NCBI GenBank assembly: GCA_965116875.1
Contig: OZ220733.1
Span: forward strand, 3,392,001-3,456,000
From: Candidatus Latescibacterota bacterium
GTDB lineage: Bacteria > Latescibacterota > UBA2968 > GCA-2709665
Direction: 5' to 3'
Length of the DNA stretch: 64,000 nt
Shown here in pieces: positions 45,922-55,439 of this stretch. Position 1 is the first letter of the stretch. Each line of letters starts with the position of its first letter. The notes under the pieces are model-generated. The model made no database searches and was not told the DNA's origin. It saw nothing but the letters and a program-made list of their open reading frames with translations. A program made the translations under genes and the position numbers.

Positions 45922-47790
45922 ATGAAACCCTTCTCTGAAGATCTGCTCGCGAAGCTGGCCAATACGACGGTGGCCCCTCCGGAGACGCGTCCGAGGGTGC
46001 TGCTGGGTGCCGAGGAAGTGGACGGAGTCCGGGAGCGGGCGAGGGCGACGCCGGGGTTTGTCGACAGCCTTGCGGAGGCGGCGCAAGAGGCGTCCGCGAA
46101 CGAGGATCTATTCGGCTCCGAGCCGGAACTTCCCTATTTCTGCCAGACGCCGCTCCGATCCCTGGCGAACGCCGCCTTCATCCTGGAGGACGAGGCATTC
46201 GCGGCCAGGGCGCTGGAGGGCGTGGAGGTGATGTTCTCGTTTCCGCCGGAGGAGTGGGTGGCGCGCCCGCACCGTCCCATGCGATGCGACCACGCCATGC
46301 TGAACGTGGCGTCCGCGATCGGTGTTTCAATGGATCTCTGCTCGCCGCTCTGGACGGCCGATGCGGTGGTGTCGATTTCAGAACGGATCAACACGTACAC
46401 GGTCGCGCGATTTCTCGAGACCTGGGAAAAGCAGGATGCGCACTGGTCCAGTCCCAACTACCACTGGAACTGGAAGATCATGTGCTGCGGCGAGATGGGG
46501 ACGGCGGCGATCGCGTGCGCGGAGGCCATTTCTGATTTTGACGCGGTCATGCAGGCGGCGCTTGCGGGGTGTCTGGATATTCTGGATTTCGTGCCGCCGG
46601 AAGGAGACTGGGCGGAGGGCCCCGGGTATTGGCTTGGCACCCTGGGGCACGGTGTGAGATTCGGCGTTGGGCTGCGGCGGGCAACGGGCGGAACGGTGGA
46701 TCTGTTCGAACATCCCGCGTTAAGGGAAACCGGGGACTACATCGTTCACGTGACCGAACCCGACGGGCAGGTCTACAATTTCAATGACAACGGCATTTCC
46801 CTCGGTTCCAGTCTCGACTATCTGCTGCTGCTGGCAAAGCTGAACAGACGGGGAGACTGGGCCCGGACCGCACGGGCAAGCGACCACGCAACCGTGGAGC
46901 GGCTGATTTGGGACGATCCCTCGGTGCCCGACGCCATTCCCGACGAGACGTCTCGAAGTTATCCGACAACGGGCGTTGTAACGATGCGCAGCGGGTGGGA
47001 GAACCAGGCCACGTTCGTCGGATTGAAGTCCGGTTCGAGCGCCGTCGGCCATTCGCAGCTGGACGCGAACTCATTCGTCGTCTCCTCGCGCGGAGAACGG
47101 CTGTTGATCGACGAGGGGATCTGGCCCTACGGCCACGACCTGGGATTCTTCGACAGCGACGGTGGAATGCGGTGGAATTTCGACGGCAACGGCACGATCG
47201 GCCACAACACGCTGATGGTGGACGGCGAGGGACAGCGATACGGGGCCGACTATCCTGGCAGAATCGTCTCTTTCGACGCCGGCCGGGAGATGGACGTGGC
47301 GGTTGCCGACGGCACGGCGGCATACGGAGGCAGGCTGAAACGATATCTGCGGACGCTGGTCTTTGTGAAACCCGACGTGGTCCTGGTCTGGGACCGGGTT
47401 TCGTCGGAGGAGCCCCGGGTGTTGGAATGGCTGTTTCACCACCGGGCGGATGTGTCCGGCGACGAGCGGCTGACCCGGTTCACGCGGAACGGCGTGACGC
47501 TGTCTCTGTCCAGGGTGATTCCGGAGCAAATGGAATGCTGGCGGCTGAGCGACGTGAAACGCACCAGTACGTATACCGAATCAAACCAGTTTCATCCGAA
47601 GCGAGTCAGCATTGAATACCGGGGTTTCGGGCCGTTTCATCCCTGCCGGGAAATCCAGGTATTATGGGGTATTCACGTGGGAGACGCTTCCGAACTACCG
47701 GAGTTCGACGCATGGGTCGAGGAGGGGGCAGCCACGGTCAGCGTGCAGTTCCGCGACGGCGATGAGCGAGTCGTGAGTTTACCGGAATAA
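45922..47790 (+). CDS. Heparinase II/III-like polysaccharide lyase family protein
   Basis: NW..C, GDW.EG.GYW, NFND, MRSGW, GH.QLDANSF, HNTLMVDG.GQ. Confidence 0.85.
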   Translation: MKPFSEDLLAKLANTTVAPPETRPRVLLGAEEVDGVRERARATPGFVDSLAEAAQEASANEDLFGSEPELPYFCQTPLRSLANAAFILEDEAFAARALEGVEVMFSFPPEEWVARPHRPMRCDHAMLNVASAIGVSMDLCSPLWTADAVVSISERINTYTVARFLETWEKQDAHWSSPNYHWNWKIMCCGEMGTAAIACAEAISDFDAVMQAALAGCLDILDFVPPEGDWAEGPGYWLGTLGHGVRFGVGLRRATGGTVDLFEHPALRETGDYIVHVTEPDGQVYNFNDNGISLGSSLDYLLLLAKLNRRGDWARTARASDHATVERLIWDDPSVPDAIPDETSRSYPTTGVVTMRSGWENQATFVGLKSGSSAVGHSQLDANSFVVSSRGERLLIDEGIWPYGHDLGFFDSDGGMRWNFDGNGTIGHNTLMVDGEGQRYGADYPGRIVSFDAGREMDVAVADGTAAYGGRLKRYLRTLVFVKPDVVLVWDRVSSEEPRVLEWLFHHRADVSGDERLTRFTRNGVTLSLSRVIPEQMECWRLSDVKRTSTYTESNQFHPKRVSIEYRGFGPFHPCREIQVLWGIHVGDASELPEFDAWVEEGAATVSVQFRDGDERVVSLPE

Positions 47791-47805
47791 TCCGCGCCGC
47801 CGCGT

Positions 47806-50010
47806 TCAGTCCGATGGCTGCTTCGAGCCCTGTTCGTGTTCTTCTGTTTTGTCGCGTCCGGCCCTCTGTTCCACGTTGATCTTGTGGATCAGCCAACCGT
47901 ATTGCTGCAGGAAGGGATCGTTCACTTTGTTGGCTTTGGCAAGTTCGATATATTTGTTCAGATACCTCGCGCCTCTTGCCACAAATCCAACCCGGATCAT
48001 GCCCACGTACGCGCCGGCGGTCAGCCCGGAATCTGCGATCCTGCGAAGTTCCCGCTTCGCGTCCGTGTGCCTGCCCTCTGCAAGATAGACCTCACGCAGC
48101 AGAAGCCGTCCCAAAGCGAAATCCGGCTTGACCTCCAGGCTGCGCTTGAACGCATTCTCGGCCTGCCTCCAGGCCTTGCGACGGTAGGCCTGCACGCCCT
48201 CAATGGCGTATCTGTCCGGGAGCGCGGGATCTGCCCGGATTTCCGCCTTCCACCGCACCAGCAGGTCCTCCACGTTCGCGCCGGACCGCCGGTACACCGC
48301 AACGAGTGGATGATCGAAACCCGTGATCGTGGGTTCGGCGTCGGCTTCCGAATACGTCAGTCCCAGGATTTCCGGGGGCACTTTGAACTCCGCGACCCGC
48401 TCGTAGCCCAGGCTCTCCTCGGCCAGGCGGCGGTAGTAGGTGTGAGCAATCGGGAACCGCTGCCGAACGTTCAGGAACGGCAGCATGCGATTCTCCTCGA
48501 TAATGACGATCCAGTCCACGCCTGCCAGACGGTTCTGTATGAATTCGACATGCGCTTCGTAGGGCAGGTTGCCGTCGGCTGAAAGAAACCAGGCCGCCTC
48601 GTCCAGCTTTCGCTTGTACCGGTCGGCCGGCGCCATCCACGACGTCGGATATCCGCCCCGCTCCGTCAACACGCCGGCCCCTTCGGGGATATTTCGCACA
48701 ATCCATTCCGCGGCCTCGAAGCGGCTGCTGGACCGGTAGACCCGGGACGTGGCGATGCCGTAGGCTGCCGTCGGAACCACCACAAGCGCCACGGGCAGCG
48801 CGTAGACCCAGGCCCTGTTCAGGCGCGCGCGGATCCAGCCCGCGGCTTCCATGCAGGCCCACGCGCCCATCACCGCCATCAGGGGTTGCATGGGCGTGGT
48901 GTACCTCAGGGGCTTGGTGTGAAGCCCGCCGACCATAAAGAAGTACGGGACCATCCATGCCAGCAGGACCCACCATCCTCTTTCACGCCTCCAAACGGCA
49001 AGCGCGACGCCGCACAGGGCCGCGATCTCCAGGGGCGTTCCCAGCGCGTAGCGGAAGAGGTGCGTGACGAAAAACAGGTAGGGTGTGGTGGAGAAGTCGT
49101 AAAGCCCCCAGATGCGGATCGTCTCCCCTTGTGCAACCTTCATGCTGGGCAGGAAATTCCGCATGTCTTTCGAACTCAGGAACTCGCCGGGCTTGAGGAG
49201 CAGGGGTTCGCAGATGACCGCAACCACGACCACGACCGCCGCGCAAAGCAGCGCTCTCGGCGTAAACGCCCGTTTCAGATGCGTCCATACCGATAGGGCC
49301 CCGGCCGCGATCCGGTTGAAACCGCTCTTCCGCTTCTCGTGAAGGTTTTCGCCGGTCCGCTCCCGCGCCTGCCACACGTGCGCCAGAAGGAAAGGCAGAC
49401 ACAGCATTCCGGCCATCAGCCGTGTGCCCGCCGCCATACCGCAGACCAGCCCGCAAACCAGGTAGGGCGCGGTGCGATCGGAGGGCAATTTCAGGATGAG
49501 GTAGATGCCCAGCGTCGTCCAGAATGCCAGGGTGATATCCACGGTATAGAAGTGGCACTGCTGGATGTGCCCGGCGCAAAAGGCCAGAAAGCCCGCGCTC
49601 AGGACCCCTGTCCAGAGTCCGGCAAGATGCCTGCCGATGGCAAAGACGACCCATACGGTAAGAATGCCCAGCGTCGCAGAGATCCCGCGTCCCATGAGAT
49701 GGGTGAATCTCACCGATCGATTGTCTTCTTTGTCGAACGGCTCGATGCCCGCGACGAAACCGGCGCCTTCGGAAAGTGCCCAAAGTACGTACGCCGGGCC
49801 CTTGGCGTAGGCCGTGACCGCCCGTGTCACCTCCACACCCACCAGGCCGGCGCTCTCGACAACCGTGCGTTCGTCCGGATGGAAGGTGTGAAATCTGCCG
49901 GTTTCGGGGTCGGTTCCCCATCCGATCCCGTAGAACCTCAGAGCCGCCGATGCCGCCAGGATCAATATGAGAAGCGCATATGCGCCTCGGTTTTTGTCGA
50001 TAGTGGCCAT
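47806..50010 (-). CDS. GT-C membrane glycosyltransferase (GT39/PMT-ArnT-like) with C-terminal TPR
   Basis: LRFYG..WG, HPDE, multiple TM helices, HFYTVD, DHP, TPR-like AFKRSLEVKPD. Confidence 0.82.
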   Translation of the reverse strand: MATIDKNRGAYALLILILAASAALRFYGIGWGTDPETGRFHTFHPDERTVVESAGLVGVEVTRAVTAYAKGPAYVLWALSEGAGFVAGIEPFDKEDNRSVRFTHLMGRGISATLGILTVWVVFAIGRHLAGLWTGVLSAGFLAFCAGHIQQCHFYTVDITLAFWTTLGIYLILKLPSDRTAPYLVCGLVCGMAAGTRLMAGMLCLPFLLAHVWQARERTGENLHEKRKSGFNRIAAGALSVWTHLKRAFTPRALLCAAVVVVVAVICEPLLLKPGEFLSSKDMRNFLPSMKVAQGETIRIWGLYDFSTTPYLFFVTHLFRYALGTPLEIAALCGVALAVWRRERGWWVLLAWMVPYFFMVGGLHTKPLRYTTPMQPLMAVMGAWACMEAAGWIRARLNRAWVYALPVALVVVPTAAYGIATSRVYRSSSRFEAAEWIVRNIPEGAGVLTERGGYPTSWMAPADRYKRKLDEAAWFLSADGNLPYEAHVEFIQNRLAGVDWIVIIEENRMLPFLNVRQRFPIAHTYYRRLAEESLGYERVAEFKVPPEILGLTYSEADAEPTITGFDHPLVAVYRRSGANVEDLLVRWKAEIRADPALPDRYAIEGVQAYRRKAWRQAENAFKRSLEVKPDFALGRLLLREVYLAEGRHTDAKRELRRIADSGLTAGAYVGMIRVGFVARGARYLNKYIELAKANKVNDPFLQQYGWLIHKINVEQRAGRDKTEEHEQGSKQPSD

Positions 50011-50032
50011 GATTCCAGTATAAATTTATGAT

Positions 50033-50776
50033 TTATCTATATTTACGGCATATTTCGATCATGCCGAATATGGCGATGACGAAGTCGCGAGCTTTGATTT
50101 TGGACCCCGCCGCGTCCCTCCATTCCGATAGCGGGACTTCGTACACGATGTCACGCACCTGCGGTCGCTCCTTTCCCGTTCTGGCGCGCATCAGCCTGGC
50201 GATGATTTCGACGTCGAAAATCCATCGGGTCGCGAACGGCTCCTGAAAGAGGGCTCGCAGGTCCGGCGTCACCCTGAAGAGCTTCGCGCCGCATTGCGTG
50301 TCGTAGATATCCACGCGAAGAAACAGGGAAGCTGTTACTGCGAACAGCCTCCCCAGCAGGTGCCGCAGCCTGTTGCGCCGGATCGCCCTGCCCAGGAGGC
50401 GGACCCTGGCGCCAAAGGCCATTTCGATGTCCGGCCTGCCGTCCAGGACGCCACGGAACTCAGGGATGGCATCCAGCGGCGTGGCCAGGTCCGCATCCCA
50501 GAATCCGACGTAGTCCGGATCGGATCCGAGTGCTGCCAGGATGCCGTGCCTTATCGCTTCGCCCTTGCCCGCGTTGGCGGCAAGCGCATGGACGTCGAAG
50601 CTACCGGGCGCCGACGCTTTCAGGGCTCGAAGGACGCCGGACGTAGCGTCCGTGCTTCCGTCGTCGACGAACAGAAACCGGATGCCGTGCGTCCGCCTGA
50701 CGAATTCCTGGAACGCCTCGACAGGAAGCCGTTCTGCTTCGTTGTAGCACGGAACGACGATGACGGTATCCGACAT
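50033..50776 (-). CDS. GT2 polyprenyl-phosphate glycosyltransferase (dolichyl-P-glucose synthase-like)
   Basis: VPCYNE, DDGSTD, GKGEA, DADL, DTQCGAKLF, FDVE. Confidence 0.92.
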   Translation of the reverse strand: MSDTVIVVPCYNEAERLPVEAFQEFVRRTHGIRFLFVDDGSTDATSGVLRALKASAPGSFDVHALAANAGKGEAIRHGILAALGSDPDYVGFWDADLATPLDAIPEFRGVLDGRPDIEMAFGARVRLLGRAIRRNRLRHLLGRLFAVTASLFLRVDIYDTQCGAKLFRVTPDLRALFQEPFATRWIFDVEIIARLMRARTGKERPQVRDIVYEVPLSEWRDAAGSKIKARDFVIAIFGMIEICRKYR

Positions 50777-50819
50777 GCGATATCACGCGAGATAAGGAAA
50801 AACAAGCGATCAGCAAAAA

Positions 50820-51012
50820 GCGGGTAGACGTGAGACGTGAGACGGAAGAGGACCACACCCCGCCACACCACCTGGTGAGAGGTGAGACGGGAGAGGGTAG
50901 AGATCGCATGCCGTGTAAGGTTTTTTTTATCATGCCGCAGGCAAGTAGGAGGAATATATCGGCAATGGCTTCTTCTACCGTCTTCCCTCTACCGTCTCCC
51001 CGCATTTTGGCA
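50820..51012. repeat. Intact intergenic inverted-repeat element with empty IS110 target CTACCGT-CT-TCCCTCT (50975-50990)
   Basis: Left arm with (TG)AGACG repeats, right arm CTACCGTCT repeats; matches the flanks of both IS copies. Confidence 0.75.
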
Positions 51013-51273
51013 ACGCGCCACCTGGTACGGCCAATATAGCGTACCCCGATTCAAGTGTCAATGCAATCGCCGGGAATGAGGACCAGGCGCCGAAGACGCC
51101 GATAATCCTTCCGGAACCCATTCGTCGGACTGTCAGGCGGTATGGGGCGGGCGTCTCCGGTATCGGTTCGGGACCACCTGCCGGGCTTGACAAAGGGTTG
51201 TGGAGGCCGTAGATTTCGCCGTGAATCGAGGCGCCGGATGGACGGCCCGAAGCCCTCTGAACAGGAGGTCGTA

Positions 51274-52557
51274 ATGGCCGCGGAAGAACACGAGATCGAA
51301 GTGGCATACGGCCAGGGCAGCGTTGCGATCGCCGCCGACCCGGAATTGGCGGAATGGGAGGTGATCCGGCCTGCCTTCGAGGCGGCCCTGACTGACCCGG
51401 AACGCCGGTTCCGGCAGGCGATTGATGAGCCCGTGGAATGCAGGCCGCTGCATGAGATCGTTTCGCCCGGGGACAGGGTGGTCATCGTGACCTCGGACGG
51501 TACGCGCGCGGTGCCCAACCGGCAATTGATTCCGTGGATTCTGGAAGCCCTGCCCGTGCCGGAGTCGCACGTTACGATACTGCTGGGAAACGGCACGCAT
51601 CGGGCGAATACGGAAGATGAAATCGGGGAAATGTTCGGCAGCGACGTCGCCGGGCGGCTGGCGATACGGAATCACGACGCGTACGATGAGCGCAGCAACG
51701 TGTTTCTGGGCGCGTCCGCCTGCGGTACGGACGTGTGGCTGGACAGGGCATACGTGGAAGCGGACAAGCGGATCGTGCTGGGATTCATTGAGCCCCATTT
51801 CTTCGCGGGTTTTTCGGGCGGCCCGAAGGGCGTCGCGCCGGGAGTGGCGGGAATCGAGACGATCTATCGGCTGCACCGGTGCGACCTGATCGCGGACCCC
51901 CGGTGTACTTGGGGCGTGCTCGACGGGAACCCCCTGCAGCGGGAGGTCCGGGAAGCCGTGGCGCTCTGCCCGCCGGATTTCCTGGTGAACGTGACGCTGA
52001 ACGGGGAAAAGGCAATTTCCGGGATGTACGTCGGGAACTATCTGGAAGCCCATCGTCGGGGGTGCGCCGGGGCGAAGGCGGCCTCGATGGCGCCGGTGGA
52101 AGAGCCGTTCCAGGTCGCGTTGACGTCGAACAGCGGATTTCCGCTGGACCAGAACCTCTACCAGGCCGTCAAGGGCATGTCGGCCGCCGCCCGCATCGTG
52201 GACGACGGCGGCGCCGTACTTGTCGCCAGCGAGTGTAGCGACGGCGTGCCGGATCACGGGAACTTCGCGGAGTTGATGCGGACGGGGGAGGGGCCGCGGG
52301 ACGTCATGCAGGCGGTGTACAACCGTGAACCCGTTCTGGACCAGTGGCAGGCGCAGACCCTGGCTGCCATCCTGGAGCGGGTTGAGGTTGGCGTGTATTC
52401 CAGTATGGACCGGGCCGATATCGAGGCGTGCAAGCTGGCCGCCGTGGACGATCTGGACGCGGCCCTGCGGGAGAAGATAAACGCGGTCGGCCCAGGCGCG
52501 CGGGTGGCCGTACTGCCGGATGGCCCGCTGACCATTCCGTATCTTATTGATCCATAA
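51274..52557 (+). CDS. larA: LarA-family nickel-pincer-dependent racemase/epimerase
   Basis: SDGTR, GTHR, NHD, EPHFFAGFSGGPK...PG, DQNLYQAVKG, DQW; AGGAGG RBS. Confidence 0.9.
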   Translation: MAAEEHEIEVAYGQGSVAIAADPELAEWEVIRPAFEAALTDPERRFRQAIDEPVECRPLHEIVSPGDRVVIVTSDGTRAVPNRQLIPWILEALPVPESHVTILLGNGTHRANTEDEIGEMFGSDVAGRLAIRNHDAYDERSNVFLGASACGTDVWLDRAYVEADKRIVLGFIEPHFFAGFSGGPKGVAPGVAGIETIYRLHRCDLIADPRCTWGVLDGNPLQREVREAVALCPPDFLVNVTLNGEKAISGMYVGNYLEAHRRGCAGAKAASMAPVEEPFQVALTSNSGFPLDQNLYQAVKGMSAAARIVDDGGAVLVASECSDGVPDHGNFAELMRTGEGPRDVMQAVYNREPVLDQWQAQTLAAILERVEVGVYSSMDRADIEACKLAAVDDLDAALREKINAVGPGARVAVLPDGPLTIPYLIDP

Positions 52558-52613
52558 ACAGGATTGACGCGAAACAGATGGCCATGGCGAAGGGGTCACG
52601 AATGCCTTTCACG

Positions 52614-52763
52614 GGAGCGAGGGCATCCTGCCCTCGATGGCGAATTGGAGGGGTCTTGGCGCCGTCATTTAGGATGAGTTTTCGGAAGGAAGGGAGGCAG
52701 TTGGCCCTTTATGTGGGTATTGACTGGATACCTGCAATTCGAGGGCAGGGATGCCCTCGCTCC
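52614..52763. repeat. Inverted REP doublet (REPIN-like)
   Basis: GGAGCGAGGGCATCCTGCCCTCG at 52614-52636 and near reverse complement at 52740-52763; same REP as in the 31.8-32.2 kb array. Confidence 0.8.
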
Positions 52764-52829
52764 GGCACTGCTTTTCAGTGTAATTTGAGAGAGTCAATTT
52801 TGGTCACGTGTATGGAAAGGCGTTAATTC

Positions 52830-55367
52830 ATGCAGAAATCCATTTCAATAAGACTTCAGGTTGTCGAATCCGCGGGCATCGCGCGGCGCGGATGGCCCGT
52901 GACGCGGGGGGTCCCTATGCCCCCGGGCGCCGTCTCCGATCCGACCCTGTTGGGCGTGAACGATGCGGACGGCCGCCCGGTATCCGCACAATTTCGCGTG
53001 TTGAGCCGATGGCCGGACGGGAGTCTGAAGTGGGTTCTGACGGATTTTCAGGCGGATGTACCGGCTGGCGGCGAGTCGACTTATACGGTCTGTCAAAGCG
53101 GCGCCGGCGACGGGCAGGGCGACCGGGTCCGCGTTCATGAGGACGACGAGAGTTTGGTCGTTACGACGGGGCCCCTCCGGTTCGCCGTGAGTCGCCGGAG
53201 GTTCTCTCTTGTGGAGACCGCGGCGCTGGGGCGGACGGGACCGGACGGGACGTTCGCGCCGGAAGTGGAAGTCGCCGGCCCGGGTGGAGACGCGTGGGTG
53301 CGTATCCGAGAGTCGCATCTGGACGACGACGGAAAGCGGTACATCTACGGGATGGGCGGCGATTGCCTGGCATCCCTCGCGGAAGCCGTGTACGACGTGA
53401 GCGTGGAGGAGTCCGGACCACTCCGGGCCGTGATCCGGTGTGAAGGCGCATTCGAGGCCGATCTGCCGATGCACCATTACGCGGGTTATCGGCCGTTTCG
53501 TTTTGTGACCCGAATCTACGCGTACGCGGGCCGCACCGAGTTACGTGTGCTGCACACCGTAATCGCGGCCTGCAATCCGAGAGAGACCGAAGTGGAGGAA
53601 ATCGGTCTGCGGGTGCCGTTCTCGCTGTCCGGTTCCGTGAATTACCGGGTTGCCGCAAGCCGGGAGATCGCAGGTACGGCAACCGCGGGTGAATCCCTGT
53701 TGCTTTCCCAGCGGCTTCACAATCACTTTCGTCTCGACCGTCGTCAGGGCCAGCGAACGGGAACGCTTGCCGAGGGAGACCGGACGGAAGGCTGGATTGC
53801 CTGCGACGACGGCAGTGCGGGCGTTGGCGTCGGCCTTCGCTATATGCCCGAGGAATATCCAAAGGCGCTTGGGCTTTCCGGCACGGGCGGCGGGATCGAC
53901 GTGTATTGCTGGAAGGATCCCGATGGAAAATGCCTTTCTCTGAAGCGGTATTCGGAAGCTGTGGCGTGGGACGAGGGTGAGGGTGTCTATGCGGACGGCA
54001 CCGGTACGTCCAAGACCACCGAGTTCTTCGTCTGTTTCCACCGGGCGTCCGACGGCGCCGGCGTCCCGGGTCTCCTGACGGGCTGGTTGGCGCCGCCGCA
54101 CGTGTCCGTGGATCCGGCATGGATGGCGGCATGCGAGGCGACGGGGGGGTTTCAACCCCTCGACGAGGGACGGTTTCCAAAGTCCGAGCGGATGATGGCG
54201 GGGTTTGTCGACTGGCTGCGGCGGAATATCGAACTGGGCGCATGGTACGGGTATCATGACTGGGGCGATGCGCTGGTGGCGTGGGACCAGGGTACGGACG
54301 ACTGGCGTTTCTACGGCCGATGGGGGTGGTGCAACAGCGAGTGGGACCCCAGGCACGGCGTATGGGTGCAGTATATGCGGACCGGCCGCGCCGGAGATTT
54401 CCTGCTCGGGGAAGCGATGACCCGTCACTCGACGGACGTGGATACCTGCCACTATCACCCGTTCAGGCCATATATGGTGGGTGGCTGTTTCCGGCACAGC
54501 GTGGACCATTTCGGCGATGAGAGTTGCGCGTCACACACGTTCCTTGACGGATGGATGGATTATTACTACCTGACCGGCGACCTGCGGACGCTGGAAGTGA
54601 TCCGTGAGGCCGGCGAGTTTCTGCTGCGGTACCGGTGGACGGAGGACCCGGCGTTCAGTTTCAGCCTGCGCAGCATTTCGAACACGCTGCGCGGCCTGCT
54701 TTACGTGTATGAAGCCACGGGCGAGGAACGGTTCAAGGCACGCGCGCTGGACGTGTACGAGGCGATCGCGCGCGGTCAGAATGAAGACGGAAGCTGGCAC
54801 AAGCGGTTCCAGATCTCCACAGCGGAACGCCTGTCGGACCAGAGGCCGTACGGCATGGCCACCGAGGGCACGACGCTGGCCGTGGAAATGGGCACCGCGG
54901 CGCCGTTCACCGACGCCGAATTCCGCACCTTGAGAGGCGATGCCAGGACGACTCACCGGGTCCTGCCGGTCTCGGAACAGAAGGGGTACCAGACCCACTA
55001 TCTGATGGTGGGGCTGGAACTGCTGCACCGCCTCACGGAACGGGACGACGTGGGGAAGGTCTACCTCAAGGCCGTGGACTGGTTCTGCGGCGATCCGGAA
55101 GGGTCTGACCCGGAACATGCCATCCAGCAGCGATACGGCGGCGTCATCTGCCGGCACCTGGGCTATGCGTACCGGATGACGGGGAACCGGAACTACCTGG
55201 AGATCGGCCGGGCGGTCTTGAGGGTACTGATCGAAAGCCAGGATTGGAGCGACGATCCGAGACGCCGCGGGGCGGTGGAAATGAGTCCCATGCACATCAG
55301 TCTCCTGTTCTTCGGCGTACCCTGTTTTCTCGGCGCACTGTCCCACGCCGGGATGGGCGAGGAGTGA
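52830..55367 (+). CDS. YetA/exo-rhamnogalacturonan lyase-like protein
   Basis: PVTRGVP..PG, RWPDGSLKW, WYG..DWGD, W.NSE, AMTRH..DVD, YYLTGD.R. Confidence 0.7.
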   Translation: MQKSISIRLQVVESAGIARRGWPVTRGVPMPPGAVSDPTLLGVNDADGRPVSAQFRVLSRWPDGSLKWVLTDFQADVPAGGESTYTVCQSGAGDGQGDRVRVHEDDESLVVTTGPLRFAVSRRRFSLVETAALGRTGPDGTFAPEVEVAGPGGDAWVRIRESHLDDDGKRYIYGMGGDCLASLAEAVYDVSVEESGPLRAVIRCEGAFEADLPMHHYAGYRPFRFVTRIYAYAGRTELRVLHTVIAACNPRETEVEEIGLRVPFSLSGSVNYRVAASREIAGTATAGESLLLSQRLHNHFRLDRRQGQRTGTLAEGDRTEGWIACDDGSAGVGVGLRYMPEEYPKALGLSGTGGGIDVYCWKDPDGKCLSLKRYSEAVAWDEGEGVYADGTGTSKTTEFFVCFHRASDGAGVPGLLTGWLAPPHVSVDPAWMAACEATGGFQPLDEGRFPKSERMMAGFVDWLRRNIELGAWYGYHDWGDALVAWDQGTDDWRFYGRWGWCNSEWDPRHGVWVQYMRTGRAGDFLLGEAMTRHSTDVDTCHYHPFRPYMVGGCFRHSVDHFGDESCASHTFLDGWMDYYYLTGDLRTLEVIREAGEFLLRYRWTEDPAFSFSLRSISNTLRGLLYVYEATGEERFKARALDVYEAIARGQNEDGSWHKRFQISTAERLSDQRPYGMATEGTTLAVEMGTAAPFTDAEFRTLRGDARTTHRVLPVSEQKGYQTHYLMVGLELLHRLTERDDVGKVYLKAVDWFCGDPEGSDPEHAIQQRYGGVICRHLGYAYRMTGNRNYLEIGRAVLRVLIESQDWSDDPRRRGAVEMSPMHISLLFFGVPCFLGALSHAGMGEE

Positions 55368-55439
55368 CGAAGAGCACGGCGTCGCCCCCGCGGGCAGGCA
55401 TCGCGGAGGACACTTATACGGGCAGACGTTAATCAGCCG

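Noticed and set aside
45130-46148. DGR template/variable repeat pair
   Set aside because: Mismatches are not adenine-specific, the match is at the gene 5' end, and no reverse transcriptase is present
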